Below are positions 13,001 through 24,692 of a stretch of 64,000 nt of DNA, piece after piece (within the stretch, counting starts at the first letter, position 1; each line of letters opens with the position of its first letter). This DNA is from Magallana gigas (taxonomy: Eukaryota), in NCBI RefSeq assembly GCF_963853765.1, contig NC_088860.1, positions 9,548,001 through 9,612,000 on the forward strand, written 5' to 3'. A program made the position numbers and the translations under genes. The notes beneath the pieces were generated by a model. The model had not been told where the DNA came from. It worked only from the letters and a program-made list of their open reading frames with translations, and did not search any database.

Positions 13001-16000
13001 AGAACGCAGTCAAGAAAGGATACTGTGTCAAACAGGGAGGCGTGGTCAGTATCTACCAATCATTATTCAGATTTATTTGTACACTTCCGATTTCACTGGG
13101 ACTGAAATATTTTGACAAAAATTAAAGTTGAGAAAAATTGATATTTTTTTTATCAATATCTTATGGCCAAGATCTAGTAAATGAAAGTTTTTTTGGTAGT
13201 CTCTCTGAATAAGGTATAAGCCAGATATGTTTTTGAACTCTTCCTTAAAGAAATATTAAACTAAATACTGTATTTACACATGGGGTAAATTTACACTATA
13301 GTTATGCTGTAAGCCTAAAATCGTTTGAAATACCTCTGCACATATTGTAAAAAAAAATTTAAACTTTAGAGTGGTAAATCAAGTTTCGGCATATTTAATA
13401 CCCAAGATTATTGTTTGACCATAGGAAATGTGTAAGTAACCACCAGCACAATAACCACTTTTACAGTCTAGTCATCTAGATTACTTAGAATAGGATTTCA
13501 AATGGAATGTGAAGAAATGTTTTATTTTCTACCCTATTCCCTAAAGTACGGGCAAGAAAAAGATACCCGTATGTGAAATCAATTATGACGTCATTATTGA
13601 TCTAGCAAATAAAAACACTATGAAATCATTTACTAGGTCTTGACTTTAAGCAATTAAAAATGAATTTCTATAATAACAAATAGTGAGTGTTTGATAAAAT
13701 TGACATTTTACAAATTATTTATTTAGAGGAAAAACTGGAAGAGGAGGTATTTTGTTGTGAATGACAAAAGCTTAGCATATTACAGTAATGACCAGGTAAA
13801 TATTAAACTTTTTGAACTTGTATCAATTACAGATATTCAATGTTTAAAAATTTGAACTTACTATTTAAGAAGGTAGTTTCAGTAAAAGAATGGTGGTCCT
13901 TTGTTTCAAATTACACAATTGTTAAACTTTGCCTTCAAGGCTATTTTTATGCCTTTCTGTGAAAGGAGCAAACTGTTGTCATACACTATGTGTGAGCTGG
14001 CTATATAGAATTATGAAATCAAACAGGTAGCTTAATGATAGCTGCTGCATATTGAAAACACAATATATTTTAATAAATAAGCAGTGTACCTTTGATTAGT
14101 CTTTCTTTCTCTTTCAGTCAGAAGAACCTTTAAGATTAATTTCAAAAAATGACATCGTAGATGTACGGAAAGCAAATACGTAAGTTTGAGAAAAGATTTA
14201 AGAAGCATGAAAAAGAAAGAGTCCAATTTAAAATTCCCATCTTCTAAAGAAACTGTAGCTGTGATAATCAAAGTTATTTGATGGATACTGCAGATACAAT
14301 TTAATAAAAAGCTGTGCATATTTTTGTGCAGCTATATACAGTTGAACTTCAATATCTCAACACTGATATCTCCAAAACAATGGATATGTCGAGATGATTT
14401 TTTGATTTTTAAGTCTCGAAGACTTATTTTTTAATCATATTACCCTTGATATCTTGAATACTCGAATATCTCGAAGTTTTTAAACTGTCCCATCTAGTTT
14501 GAAGTAACGAAGATTGACTGTACACTTATAACTACATCTAAAATATAATGTCACACATAATAGTACTTTTGATAAACAATATGGTGCACAATTGTAATAA
14601 GTTTCCTCTTTGATACACTCATACATATATATGAGTGTACTCATATTGCCTGCCAAAGAAAGATTATACTTGTATGATACATGTAGCTTTCATCCCTGCT
14701 TCTTATGATGTCATCAGTATCACAATGAACTGAGAGCCTCTGATTAACACATCTATTGCTGCTTTTTCAGATCACCTGGCATGAGGGACAATCTATTTGA
14801 AGTTGTTACAACTAAAAGAACTTTTTATATACAGGTAAGTAAGAACAAGTTTAAAGCAATTGCGCCAACTTTTTAGTCTTTATTTGTCCATATGTAAATT
14901 TCAACTTAAAGGTATAGAAAGATCTAATTAAAAGGGGAACCAATGTGTTGAGGTTTTAAAGGGGCATGGTCACGATTTTGATCAAAAATTATTTTTCCGA
15001 TTTATATTTACAATGCTTCAGAAAGGCATTTTTAATAGGCAACCGAAATTTGAGTGTCATTTGTTGAGTTATAAGCGAGTTACAGAGCTTGAAATTCTTT
15101 GCTATGTAAAAAAGCATTTGTTTACATTTTGAACGTTGAAGGAAAAATTTCAGTTTTAAACCTAAAACGAATGTGTTAAATGTTAGGAACTGTTTATCTA
15201 TGCTTAAAATGAATAAAAAGATAGACAAAAAAGCAGGAAAAAGATTTTTTACTGGTATATTTGACCTTTGGCACAAGCCTTGTAAACATGACAAAGAATT
15301 ATGAGCCCCTGTATCTTGCTTATAACTCTACGAATGACTCTCAAATTTAATTTGATCATTAGAAATGCATTTCTAAAGCATTGTAAATAATAAAAACATA
15401 AAAATAAAATTTGACCAAAATCGTGACCATGCCCCTTTAATATAAGGAGCTTGTATAGATTGTATCGGTATATTTACTTTCTTCATAAAAATAATAAACT
15501 ATAAACCCCTAATTATACCACAAATACATTATGAATTCTAAAAATATATATGGTAATATAAAACTATTTCTGTCATAATTAATACAAATTGTACCTTATA
15601 ATTAGGAAAATTGTTGATGGGTTAAAATATGTTTATGTATCTAGAACAAATTGTCAGTATATTATGCACAAGTACAGAGATATTTTATCACTATTCAATC
15701 CATCAGTAAAAATATCAACAAACTTTAATGTTGGTACATTTTAGTTGATTAACCTTTATAGTAATCAGCTCTCAAAAATTGTTGGTTCATGTATCTTTAA
15801 GATATATGATTTTGCTTTCTAGAAGTTAGCTTAGTACAGTGTGTCCATGCGTCTATTTTAACTTTCAGTGTGACACCCCAGAAGATGTACAAGAGTGGAT
15901 AGCAGCTATAGAGACTCTGGTCACCAACCAAACAGTAAGATATTTATGAGAATTCAATAATAAACAATGGCAAAACTTTATAATGAAGTTTATGCTTCAT

Positions 16001-19000
16001 GTATCCAACTTCTACATCCTTATTAATGTATATAACAGGAAAAAAATATCTGGACATCATCTTTAAAAATTTGTAACTTGTTAAATGTAAGATACATGTA
16101 GTTTTAACTCTGTGTGAAAAAGTCTTGCATAGGTATTAAAATAAAATCAATTTCCATTTTATGGATTGTGGATATAATGTTGAATTGCACAATAAATTAT
16201 AGTGACTATTTTGGGGTCAGTTAGGCATTTTTAAAAATATTATTTGCATTTACATACATGAACTGAATAGTTTAACATAGGGTTGCTCCCTCTGATATTC
16301 CTAGTACAGTGTACATACTTATTGATGGATTTTTACAGGGACACTGATGGTTCTTATGCCCTCTCTCTCCCCTTACACACCCTGATTTTATGATTTTCAA
16401 GTATTTTCAAATACCATGTATTGAGTGCAAGGACTGAATATTGAAATGCATTTTGAGAAATGTCATATCATCAGTTTTGAAATATCAAATCAAAATAATA
16501 TCATTATGCATAGAGATACCTGAAATATGGTACATGTACATGTATTTTGTAATGGGATTGCATTTTGATGTGTTGCATTTGAATGATGATTACATATCTA
16601 TGCTACAAAGATTTCTCTCTTTGCATGCTTGATTTTGAGATACACTTGCATGTTTTTTCAGGATCCGGCGACAACAATTCGGTTATACATGTATGAGACA
16701 ATGATATGATCACAAAACAAGGTTGTTTCATGGTGTGTGAATTTTTTCGGCACTCATCACCTTAGTTACTGCAGTTGTGTAATCCTTCATCACATTTATC
16801 CCATTATTGTGTATACCCTCATTCTATCTGTAGTGATGGGAAGAGGGGGAGGGTGGCAGGCTAGGGGTGCAGTATTTTATAAAAAAAAAAAAAAATTTAA
16901 ACAGATTAATTCTCATATTCAGAGTAATCTAGATATCCAAGACTATTTTAATGGAATGACGAGGAATGGAGTAAAAAAATTATTTCTAAAATTCAGAATA
17001 ATCAAATGAACTATTTTGGGGATTTCAACTTCTGCTACTGTGTTTGTCCTGACTGAAGTGGTTTTACTATACCACTTTAAAACAGCTAAGGAAAAACTTC
17101 AGTCAAACAACACTTCATCATCTTAAACTCTGCAATATGTCCTAGCTAGGAGTTTAACATTCTTTCATTAGTGTCTCTTCATTAATTATGTGAACAGATG
17201 TACAACATTTGAAGGATTTGAAGGAAATGAAAATTTTATTTCAACGAATTCCTGCTTTTCAATCTCAAAAGCTGATTTCAAATTATAGCAATTAACTTTT
17301 TAATTGATATGAAGTCCTGTATAAAGATGAATGAGATATTGATTTCTGCAGAAGCTAGTACATGTACATACCATATGTAGGATGTAACCATTATGATAAT
17401 GCACAAGTGTAAGGATAGTGACACATAGTGATCTACACAGAGTTAGGGGATGGAATCCATCATGGTAAAGTTAATAACATTCTTTGTAAATTTAACTTTC
17501 ATACATCTAATAACTAACCTAACACTTCAGTGATAAATTAAACTGAAAATCCATGAAATTATTTCGTGTATCTTTTAATGGTATAAATCCAAAAAGGGAA
17601 GCATTTATTAAAAGACAGTTTGTATTACACATTATATGCTGTGTTGTAGATTGCATGACCTTGATTTAACTTTAACCTTGACCTTTTGAACCCTCAAATT
17701 TTATGTAGTGATTAAACGTAGTGAGTTGGTGTTAAATTCTAGAAGTTTTGTTCATCATGTCAGATGATTGACATTTTGTGCTGTGTTAAAGTGTTGTGAA
17801 ATTGTTTATAGGTGTTGTGTGGAATATTTTGAACATGAAAATCCTTGCTACTTATCAAAGCATTGCTGGATGTATAAACACATACACTTGCGTCACTCTA
17901 CATAATTGTATAATAATCTCTGCAGCTTTGTTCTTGCCTTTCAACTTACTTTGATATTGTACAGAGATCTTGCTTTGTTTATTATGTACATCATGTAATC
18001 AGAGATTTGCGTAAACATGTGTAATGCTAGCAGTGTATGACAAGACACTTATCTTGCTGACTATATGTAATACAAATTCAACAAGGAGTCGAAAATTACG
18101 AAAATAATATAAAAAAATAATTTTAAACAAACACATTCATTTGTCATTTTCAGAAAATATAGGGCACATAACAGTATCTTCTACTGGTTGTTTAGATATT
18201 ATATAATTTGACATGACACCAGCAATATTAGTCTGTACATGCGCTTTGTACAGAGTACTATTTGTAATATCACTTTCACTTATATCATCCCTAAAGCTTA
18301 TTCATCGGTAATATTAACTAATGATGGGTAGACAAATTTCAGACTTCAGACTAATAATGGATGCAAGATGTCAAGCTAGTAGAACTCAGTGAAAATAGAA
18401 TACATTAAGCTAGTACATACATGTATGCCATTTTATTCTTTGACACATGTATTACCATATAACTCCAGCTAGGGTACATGTATCTTTAATATGTAAAACC
18501 AGGAATATACCAGGTATTTTAATTCCTGACCGAGGAGTGATAAATAGATAAGTAGAGAAGTGATGCTGCATCGTTTCCTATGTGTTTATTAAGTACTTGT
18601 CTTATACCAATAGTTTTGCATGTTGCAATATAATTGATAGGACTTGAACTGAACACATAATTCATATACCAGGTACATGTACTATTAAGTCAATTAATTT
18701 TTTTTGATGGCCACTTTTGGTAGATTGCTGGTTTTTGAGGGTTGAACTTTAAATCCATTTTGAATGGATAAAGATTGTGCAACATAGTTGTGGATTTGAA
18801 TTAGTGGATAAGGAATGTGAGTCATATAAACTGTATACTAATTTCCTAGTACACAAGCTTATTGCTCTGTGTGAAAGTGTACAGATCAATACCAGTATTT
18901 ACATGTATAAAGAATAATTAATCTATTTAAAAAGCTTTCTTAAATAGATTGTCATATTTGTGTGCAGTGGTCTTTATGAAACTGCATTTACTAGGCTTGT

Positions 19001-21076
19001 TTCATTCAAACAGTGCTTTTTTGTGTAATTTCTACCCCACCCTTTACAAAATCAAGTTTGTAACCATTTATGAAGAAGTTTATCAATAATGATTAAACCT
19101 GACAAGTATTTTATAATTTTTACTAGTACCCTGGAAAGATAGCAAAAAATTTATTGCCCCCAATGTATGTTTGGATAGATGACTTTTATGATGCCAGGGC
19201 TGCTTTCACCGCATTCCTACCCCGCATAAAATCTGGTCACTTCTACAGTTAACTGATTTATAACCCACATAACACAGAAGTTCTGAACTCAGTTCAAATT
19301 TGAATAGTTAGATTTTTTATCTGCGTGAAAGGAAACACAAAACTTGATGGGGCTGATCTGGAGTGATGAGACATATTGTTTGTGGGTTGTCATAAATGTT
19401 TATGACTATATTGCTCTTGACCCTCTCTAATCAGGAAAAGTTTATGAGTATAAACATCCATCAACATGTTTACTATCAAGACATTTAAATTCTCCTCAAC
19501 TCCGTGTTGAATGAAATTCAAGGGGCACCCATTTCAATCAGAATGTAAATTGTTGTCTTTTTATTGTTTCTATTAAAATTCAAACAAATACTGTATATGA
19601 AACTTACATGTATATATATGGATGTATACATTTGTAGTACATGTATAAGCATGCATAAACATGTAAACAATTTATATCCATTGGTGTATTTAGATAAATG
19701 TTCAGTTTCATAAAACTTCTATAATATACCTTATATTTCACACAGTCCCATTGATTGCATTATTAAATTTCCAATAAACTCAGTGTTTTAGACTTGTGAG
19801 AGCATTGTTTGTGAAATTTTATACAGAATGAAATGTTCGTTTTGAAGATACAATTTCTCTCAACATTTCGTAATTACAATTATGTTATTTTTTCATTGTT
19901 TTTCAGTCGCACAGGAAAAGTGACACTGTAGATTCCAGCGAAGTTGATCTCACTGTGACCAAAGTCTTCCCTCAGAACAAATGGGTATGACTAATTACAG
20001 CATGGACCAATGTCTCCTCAGCATGAAAAATCTACTGTCTGTTTAGCATGACTGATCTGTAGCGCAATCACATTGGAAATTATATAATTATTAGAAATTT
20101 AGCAGTTTCTGTTCAATCCAGATTTAATAGTGTGTGAAATTTTGAAATGGTTGTTTTATAGATATGTATGAATTTACACTGATTTTTATGCATGGAATGA
20201 ATATACAATTATTTTGTTTTTATGATTTTTAATTGTACACAAAACAAAAAAATCCTTTTGAAAAAAAAAAAGACACAAAGAACAATTTTTTTAATGAAAA
20301 TAATTTGTATAAGACCCCAGAGAATTATGCTCACTTTTGTGATTGAAATGCTTTTACACTCATAAGATTTAATGATTTTTGTCTTGCCAAATACTCACGG
20401 ATATTTGGATTTCATCGCACCTTTCATTTCCTGATATCCCACCATACCCCACATTGACCTACATCTCCTCATGTAATGCAATATTTCAGATTTTCATTAC
20501 ATTATAATTACATGTATTAACCAAATTATAATTCTAACTCGCATATGCTGCCAATTTGCCAAATCATCCCTCAAATTTGTTCTTTAATGTTCCCAAAGCT
20601 TTAAACAATTTCTTTTTTTTTTGTATCATTCTACTAATATTAACCACATATTTAATAATTGAAATGTTCCTCACTTAAAAAGGATTAGGTTGATATTGAC
20701 CTTTTTTTAATGTCAAAAAGTCCAAAATAGATTTTAATTAATCAATTTCATTTTTGCACGGGTATGAACATTATTAGCAGATTAATGTGCCTTTTTAAAA
20801 AATGACATGCAAACATGAAAAAAACATTAATGATTGTCAACATGAAGCAATTATAAGTCTATGCATTCAACCTCCGAGACCTTGCACTAGAAAGGTCTAG
20901 ATTTTTTTTCTTCTGAAATATGCAAATATTTTTCTTAGAAAGGAACATCAGTATCATATGTTGTGAACAGCCAAGAAGTGGCCATAGTATCCCCACCCCC
21001 AGAATCAGCTGAATCAGTGCTCAAACGACAGGGCAGTAGATTAAGAAGGACTTTTCAACGAGTCCGCAGCAAGTGA
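10054..21076 (+). CDS. PLEKHA1: Tandem PH-domain protein, TAPP1/TAPP2 (PLEKHA1/2) co-orthologue; 275-aa common part plus alternative C-terminal exons
   Basis: Hand-spliced GT-AG exons with matching phases: 10054-10194, 10420-10479, 10589-10637, 11209-11306, 12389-12481, 12922-13044, 13727-13795, 14118-14179, 14771-14834, 15869-15934, then 19907-19984 + 20939-21076 (346-aa form). Translation MPYQDKQGRTCGFLNILEKESSTNSKRRYFVL...YKTEIAGGVPI...[20 protein letters not shown]...[29 protein letters not shown] parallels human TAPP1 as I recall it ([63 protein letters not shown]). Confidence 0.9.
10674..10835. mobile_element. Nested-hairpin MITE (Crypton-derived-like)
   Basis: 13-bp perfect inverted repeat AGGACAATAGCAA (10674-10686)/TTGCTATTGTCCT (10782-10794), inner TATTTCCC...GGGAAATA, tail ending TTATTATAC. 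Confidence 0.45.
11393..12331. mobile_element. Old TA-flanked Tc1/mariner-type MITE, probably with nested material
   Basis: TA|CAGGTAACTCTTAATGGCTCAAA ... GGAATCATCGAGAGTCACCTG|TA; termini match at about 18 of 23 positions as inverted repeats. Confidence 0.45.
14339..14520. mobile_element. Tc1/mariner/pogo-type MITE, 182 bp
   Basis: TA|CAGTTGAAC ... GATTGACTG|TA with repeated internal GATATCTCGAA-like motifs. Confidence 0.7.
14960..15436. mobile_element. Kolobok-type non-autonomous DNA transposon, 477 bp
   Basis: TTAA at 14956-14959 and 15437-15440; TIR AGGGGCATGGTCACGATTTTG(A/G)TCAAA. Confidence 0.85.
16662..16709 (+). CDS. PLEKHA1: Alternative terminal exon of the PLEKHA1-like gene (DPATTIRLYMYETMI*)
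   Basis: Strong acceptor TGTTTTTTCAG ending 16661, phase 0 matches the donor after 15934, 15 codons then TGA; AATAAA at 19773-19778 lies just before the next acceptor at 19906. Confidence 0.5.
   Translation, partial: DPATTIRLYMYETMI
19907..19990 (+). CDS. PLEKHA1: PLEKHA1-like exon that either stops at ...NKWV* or splices at TGG|GTATGA to 20939
   Basis: Acceptor TTGTTTTTCAG ending 19906, open phase-0 frame SHRKSDTVDSSEVDLTVTKVFPQNKW; the GTATGA at 19985-19990 is both a donor consensus and Val-stop. Confidence 0.6.
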   Translation, partial: SHRKSDTVDSSEVDLTVTKVFPQNKWV

Positions 21077-22816
21077 ACTTTTATTGTGTAACATGTGGAA
21101 AAAGTTTGTGACAGTTGACTTGAGGTGCCTAGTATTTTACATCTAAAAAACAAAGGTCTCCACTAATCATGTATTACATTTTTAAATATTTCTTTTTTAA
21201 ATCAAAGAATAGGTTCATGTACGTAGTTGTATGGAAATAAAGTTTGAGTCTGATTCACACCATTGGGGGAATATAAATAGGATGGAAAAAGAGGAAGTAA
21301 ACTTTGTGCTTAAATCATTAGAAGCTTTTTAAAAAAAAAAATTATTTCCTGAAACTCAACAAAAATCATTCACTCTAAAACCAGTAACATAATGAATAAG
21401 TAAAAAAGGTACACATAGGTTTTTAAATATGTAGAAACATATTTTAGATATTTTTCTGTCTTTAGCTTTAATCCTTTATACTGTATACACTAGTTAGAAC
21501 TTGTACATTTACTGTACGTAGATCTCCTAATTAGATCCTCCACTCTAATTAAACACCTCAACTGTCAATCAGGGCATTTATCCCCACCCACCTCACACCC
21601 CCACCCCTGTTATTTATAACCCAGTAAGAATATGCCTGGTTCATTCCTCAGCGTGAATTTCACATATTTTAAAAAATTTTATGGGTACAAATTACATGTA
21701 ATAAATATCCCTCATACTACAAAATATAAAATAGAAATCCTGAAATTTTCTTAAACTTGTAGTGGTCTGTTCCTTTAGTATTGTGAGCTTTCTCTAGTTA
21801 CCTGTAGTTGTTCTTCATACATGCTTGTGACAGAAAAAGAATAAAAGTTTGATAGAAGATGTACATTTTAACTTCACCTTTACCTATAAAAGAGATTATT
21901 GACATTGTCTGCAGTCAAAAATGTAGATATAGAAACATTTCCTTTTTCAATTCAGTAGTTTTTTTTTTTAAAGTTTTTATTTATATCTTATTTAGAAAGC
22001 ACAATTAATTTTTCCTATATGTCCAAAAATATTTTCTTTAGAAATCATGTTCTACTTCATATTAACTTACAGATGTAATAATGTGAGGTTGCGTTTTCGA
22101 ATCATTTAATGATATTGAACTAAGTTTGGACTAAGGCTGAGGGGCTTACATTTAAGATTAAGAGGTATAAGGTATTGAACAAAGAGTATTGCTGTATATT
22201 GAATGATTTTTTTTTTTGCTATGTTTTCCAAAACAGCAAAAAAAGTTGGGCATGTAGATTCAAATGAGTCCCATTTTACATGTACCGGTAGATCTACCCA
22301 CTGACAATGGATGTGATCTGGTTAAAATTAAAACGAGGTTAAAAAGTTAGCTGATATACAGTTAAAAGGGATATGGTATTGTTTTGTTGGGGGTCCCAAT
22401 GATAGCTCAGTCCTAACACTGTCAAGTATATCTACAATGTTACTGGTGTATCAAAAGACGACTGAAATTATTTGTAGTAACAACATGGAATGGTTTTTAT
22501 GTGTATATTTATATGAATGTTTGTTTGCAGTTTATTTACATGAGTTTTTAACAAAGTGCTTGCTGCAACAATGTTGATGTATGATTTTTTTTTATTATAG
22601 TATACACACACATTTATGAATTGTTTTTTCACATTTGTGGCTTTTTTGAATATGCATGAACTTTTCTTGGTTTAATTTATGAATTTAATATGTATTTGTT
22701 TGTTACATAGCACTGTGAATTGCATACACATCTATATGTATATATATTTAGCACTAGTATGTATAGACACATATATATCAAATATTTTCTTTTCTGTTCT
22801 TTATCCTAAAAGATTG

Positions 22817-22847
<31 letters not shown>

Positions 22848-22973
22848 GGTTAATTTTGTTGATGTTGTTTTGCTAGTTCAGGCTAGATTGAACAAATAAG
22901 AAAGGAAAAAAGGAAATTGAGTATTACCATTTGAGAAGTGATGTCACTGTGTGCTCTTACGTGTGTGTGCTAA

Positions 22974-23083
22974 GTGCTATCATAGCATGTTTTCAGTGCT
23001 GTTGTAGCACAGTATATGTGCTATTATATCACATTTGGAGTGCTATTATAGCACAGTACGAGTGCTATTATTGCACAGTATAA
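22974..23083. repeat. 22-bp minisatellite, 5 units, each with a GTGCTA-nnn-TAGCAC palindrome
   Basis: Units start at 22974, 22996, 23018, 23040, 23062 (exact 22-nt period); consensus GTGCTATTATAGCACAGTAYRA. Confidence 0.85.
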
Positions 23084-24498
23084 GAGCTGTGATATATACA
23101 CAAGTGCCATATTCTCCCTGGAACCCCACAGTATGTTTCTAAATTAATAAAAGGGTCTGTAGTCATTGAATTTCAAAAAATTCTAAAACAATTGAACTTT
23201 TAAACTTGTAATTAAATATATTTATTTCAAAACATTGATGATGTAAATGTCTTGTAACTTTGACTCTGTATACTGTTATATTTATCCAAAAATGTAAGTG
23301 AAAGTGAAATTGTTATAATGAAGTTTGGAATGAAATGTCCCTAGTGGGATATACATGAAATTTTTCAGTGCCAAAAATATTTGGATGCAGGTGGGTGGGT
23401 GGGGGGGGGGGGGGGGGGATATGGCATGAGGCGATTGGTTATTGTAACTGTACAGATATGCAGTGTTAGATGGTGACTGCTTGTTTTAGGAGTTAAATTT
23501 TATAGTTGTATTTACAAGTACATTCATAAACTCCAACTACTTGGTGTTGTGTTAACAAGGTATTGGTATGTTTGACTTGTCAGTAAGTGTATAATTTAGG
23601 CATGGTTTGTTTCTCTAAATGAGTGACTTGTTCAGGCCTTATATTGAAAGCTTTCAGATAAATCTATGTTATTAGAGCAAGTTTAGTAAACCAGCAAAAC
23701 AAAGATGCAAAATAGTATCAATTTTATTTTGAATTCCTATTTGATGCAAGTATTTATTGATTATTAGTATTCACATGTAAGTCCTTTCAAGATTTTAATT
23801 TGGCAAATTCTACAAATTTTTAATCATATGAAACTGTTTAAAGTACATGTATTTCAATTTTACTGTATTTGTATATGTTTTCGAAACTACAAATATAAAC
23901 TTAAATCATTATCATTAGTATTTACTAGTACATGCATTTACAATCTTCTTTGATGCCCATGCCCTGTTTTTAAGAGCTATTGTTACAATTTTTGAATCAT
24001 AAAAACGAAACACATGAATGATTTTATAAATGATGTTCCAATTATTAAACTATGTTAAATAATGATGCAAGAGTTATTGATTTGTCTTTGCTTTACTTTT
24101 TTGATTGTCTTGGAAATGACTTTAAATCAGATATTACATAAAGGCACGAGCATTAAGAAAACAAATGAAATTCAATAAATTCAGTGAAAACTTGTCGCAA
24201 AGACGAATGGTTGATACATGTATACTCTTCTAGAACCATTCCGCACAAAACAACAGGGTTTGGTTTTTATACGCCTCATTGACCTATTGAGTTAATTATT
24301 AATATACCTCCTTAATTAAATGAGTGATGGCAAATTAAAAAGCATCATAAAAACACTTGGATTTGTTTCTGAGGAGCATTTCATGACTCGGCAACAACTG
24401 CTGATAACACGACGCCAATAAATGCTTAAGTCAACGGTAAACGATCTTTGTTTCCAATGCTACATAGCCGCTTGTTGCTTTATTATTTAAGGAATAAG

Positions 24499-24518
24499 CA
24501 GAGACATAAATGTCTCTG
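24499..24518. mobile_element. 20-bp hairpin insertion flanked by a 7-bp direct repeat
   Basis: GAATAAG-[CAGAGACAT AA ATGTCTCTG]-GAATAAG (repeat at 24492-24498 and 24519-24525). Confidence 0.6.
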
Positions 24519-24519
24519 G

Positions 24520-24692
24520 AATAAGTAATCATTATTTGAGTATTATGAGGTGATCAAATACGGGTGGGAGTGATCAAATCCGATAAAGTCCGACGGGTTT
24601 TATGATAGATTTAATCACCACGACCGTATTTGACCACCTCATAATATTCAAAATAATGATTCCTTATTACTTATTTTTCATAATTTTCATCC
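24520..24692. mobile_element. Nested-palindrome MITE (Crypton-derived-like)
   Basis: Outer arms AATAAGTAATCATTATTTGAGTATTATGAGGTGATCAAATACGG / CCGTATTTGACCACCTCATAATATTCAAAATAATGATTCCTTATT; inner arms GTGATCAAATC/GATTTAATCAC; central ATAAAGTCC-GAC-GGGTTTTAT. Confidence 0.65.

Noticed and set aside
16339-16347. Acceptor TTTTTACAG followed by GGA CAC TGA as a fourth PLEKHA1 ending
   Set aside because: Only two codons; indistinguishable from chance without transcripts.
17041-17113. Degenerate palindrome TGACTGAAGT...ACTTCAGTCA
   Set aside because: Probably an old MITE remnant, but ends and TSD could not be defined.
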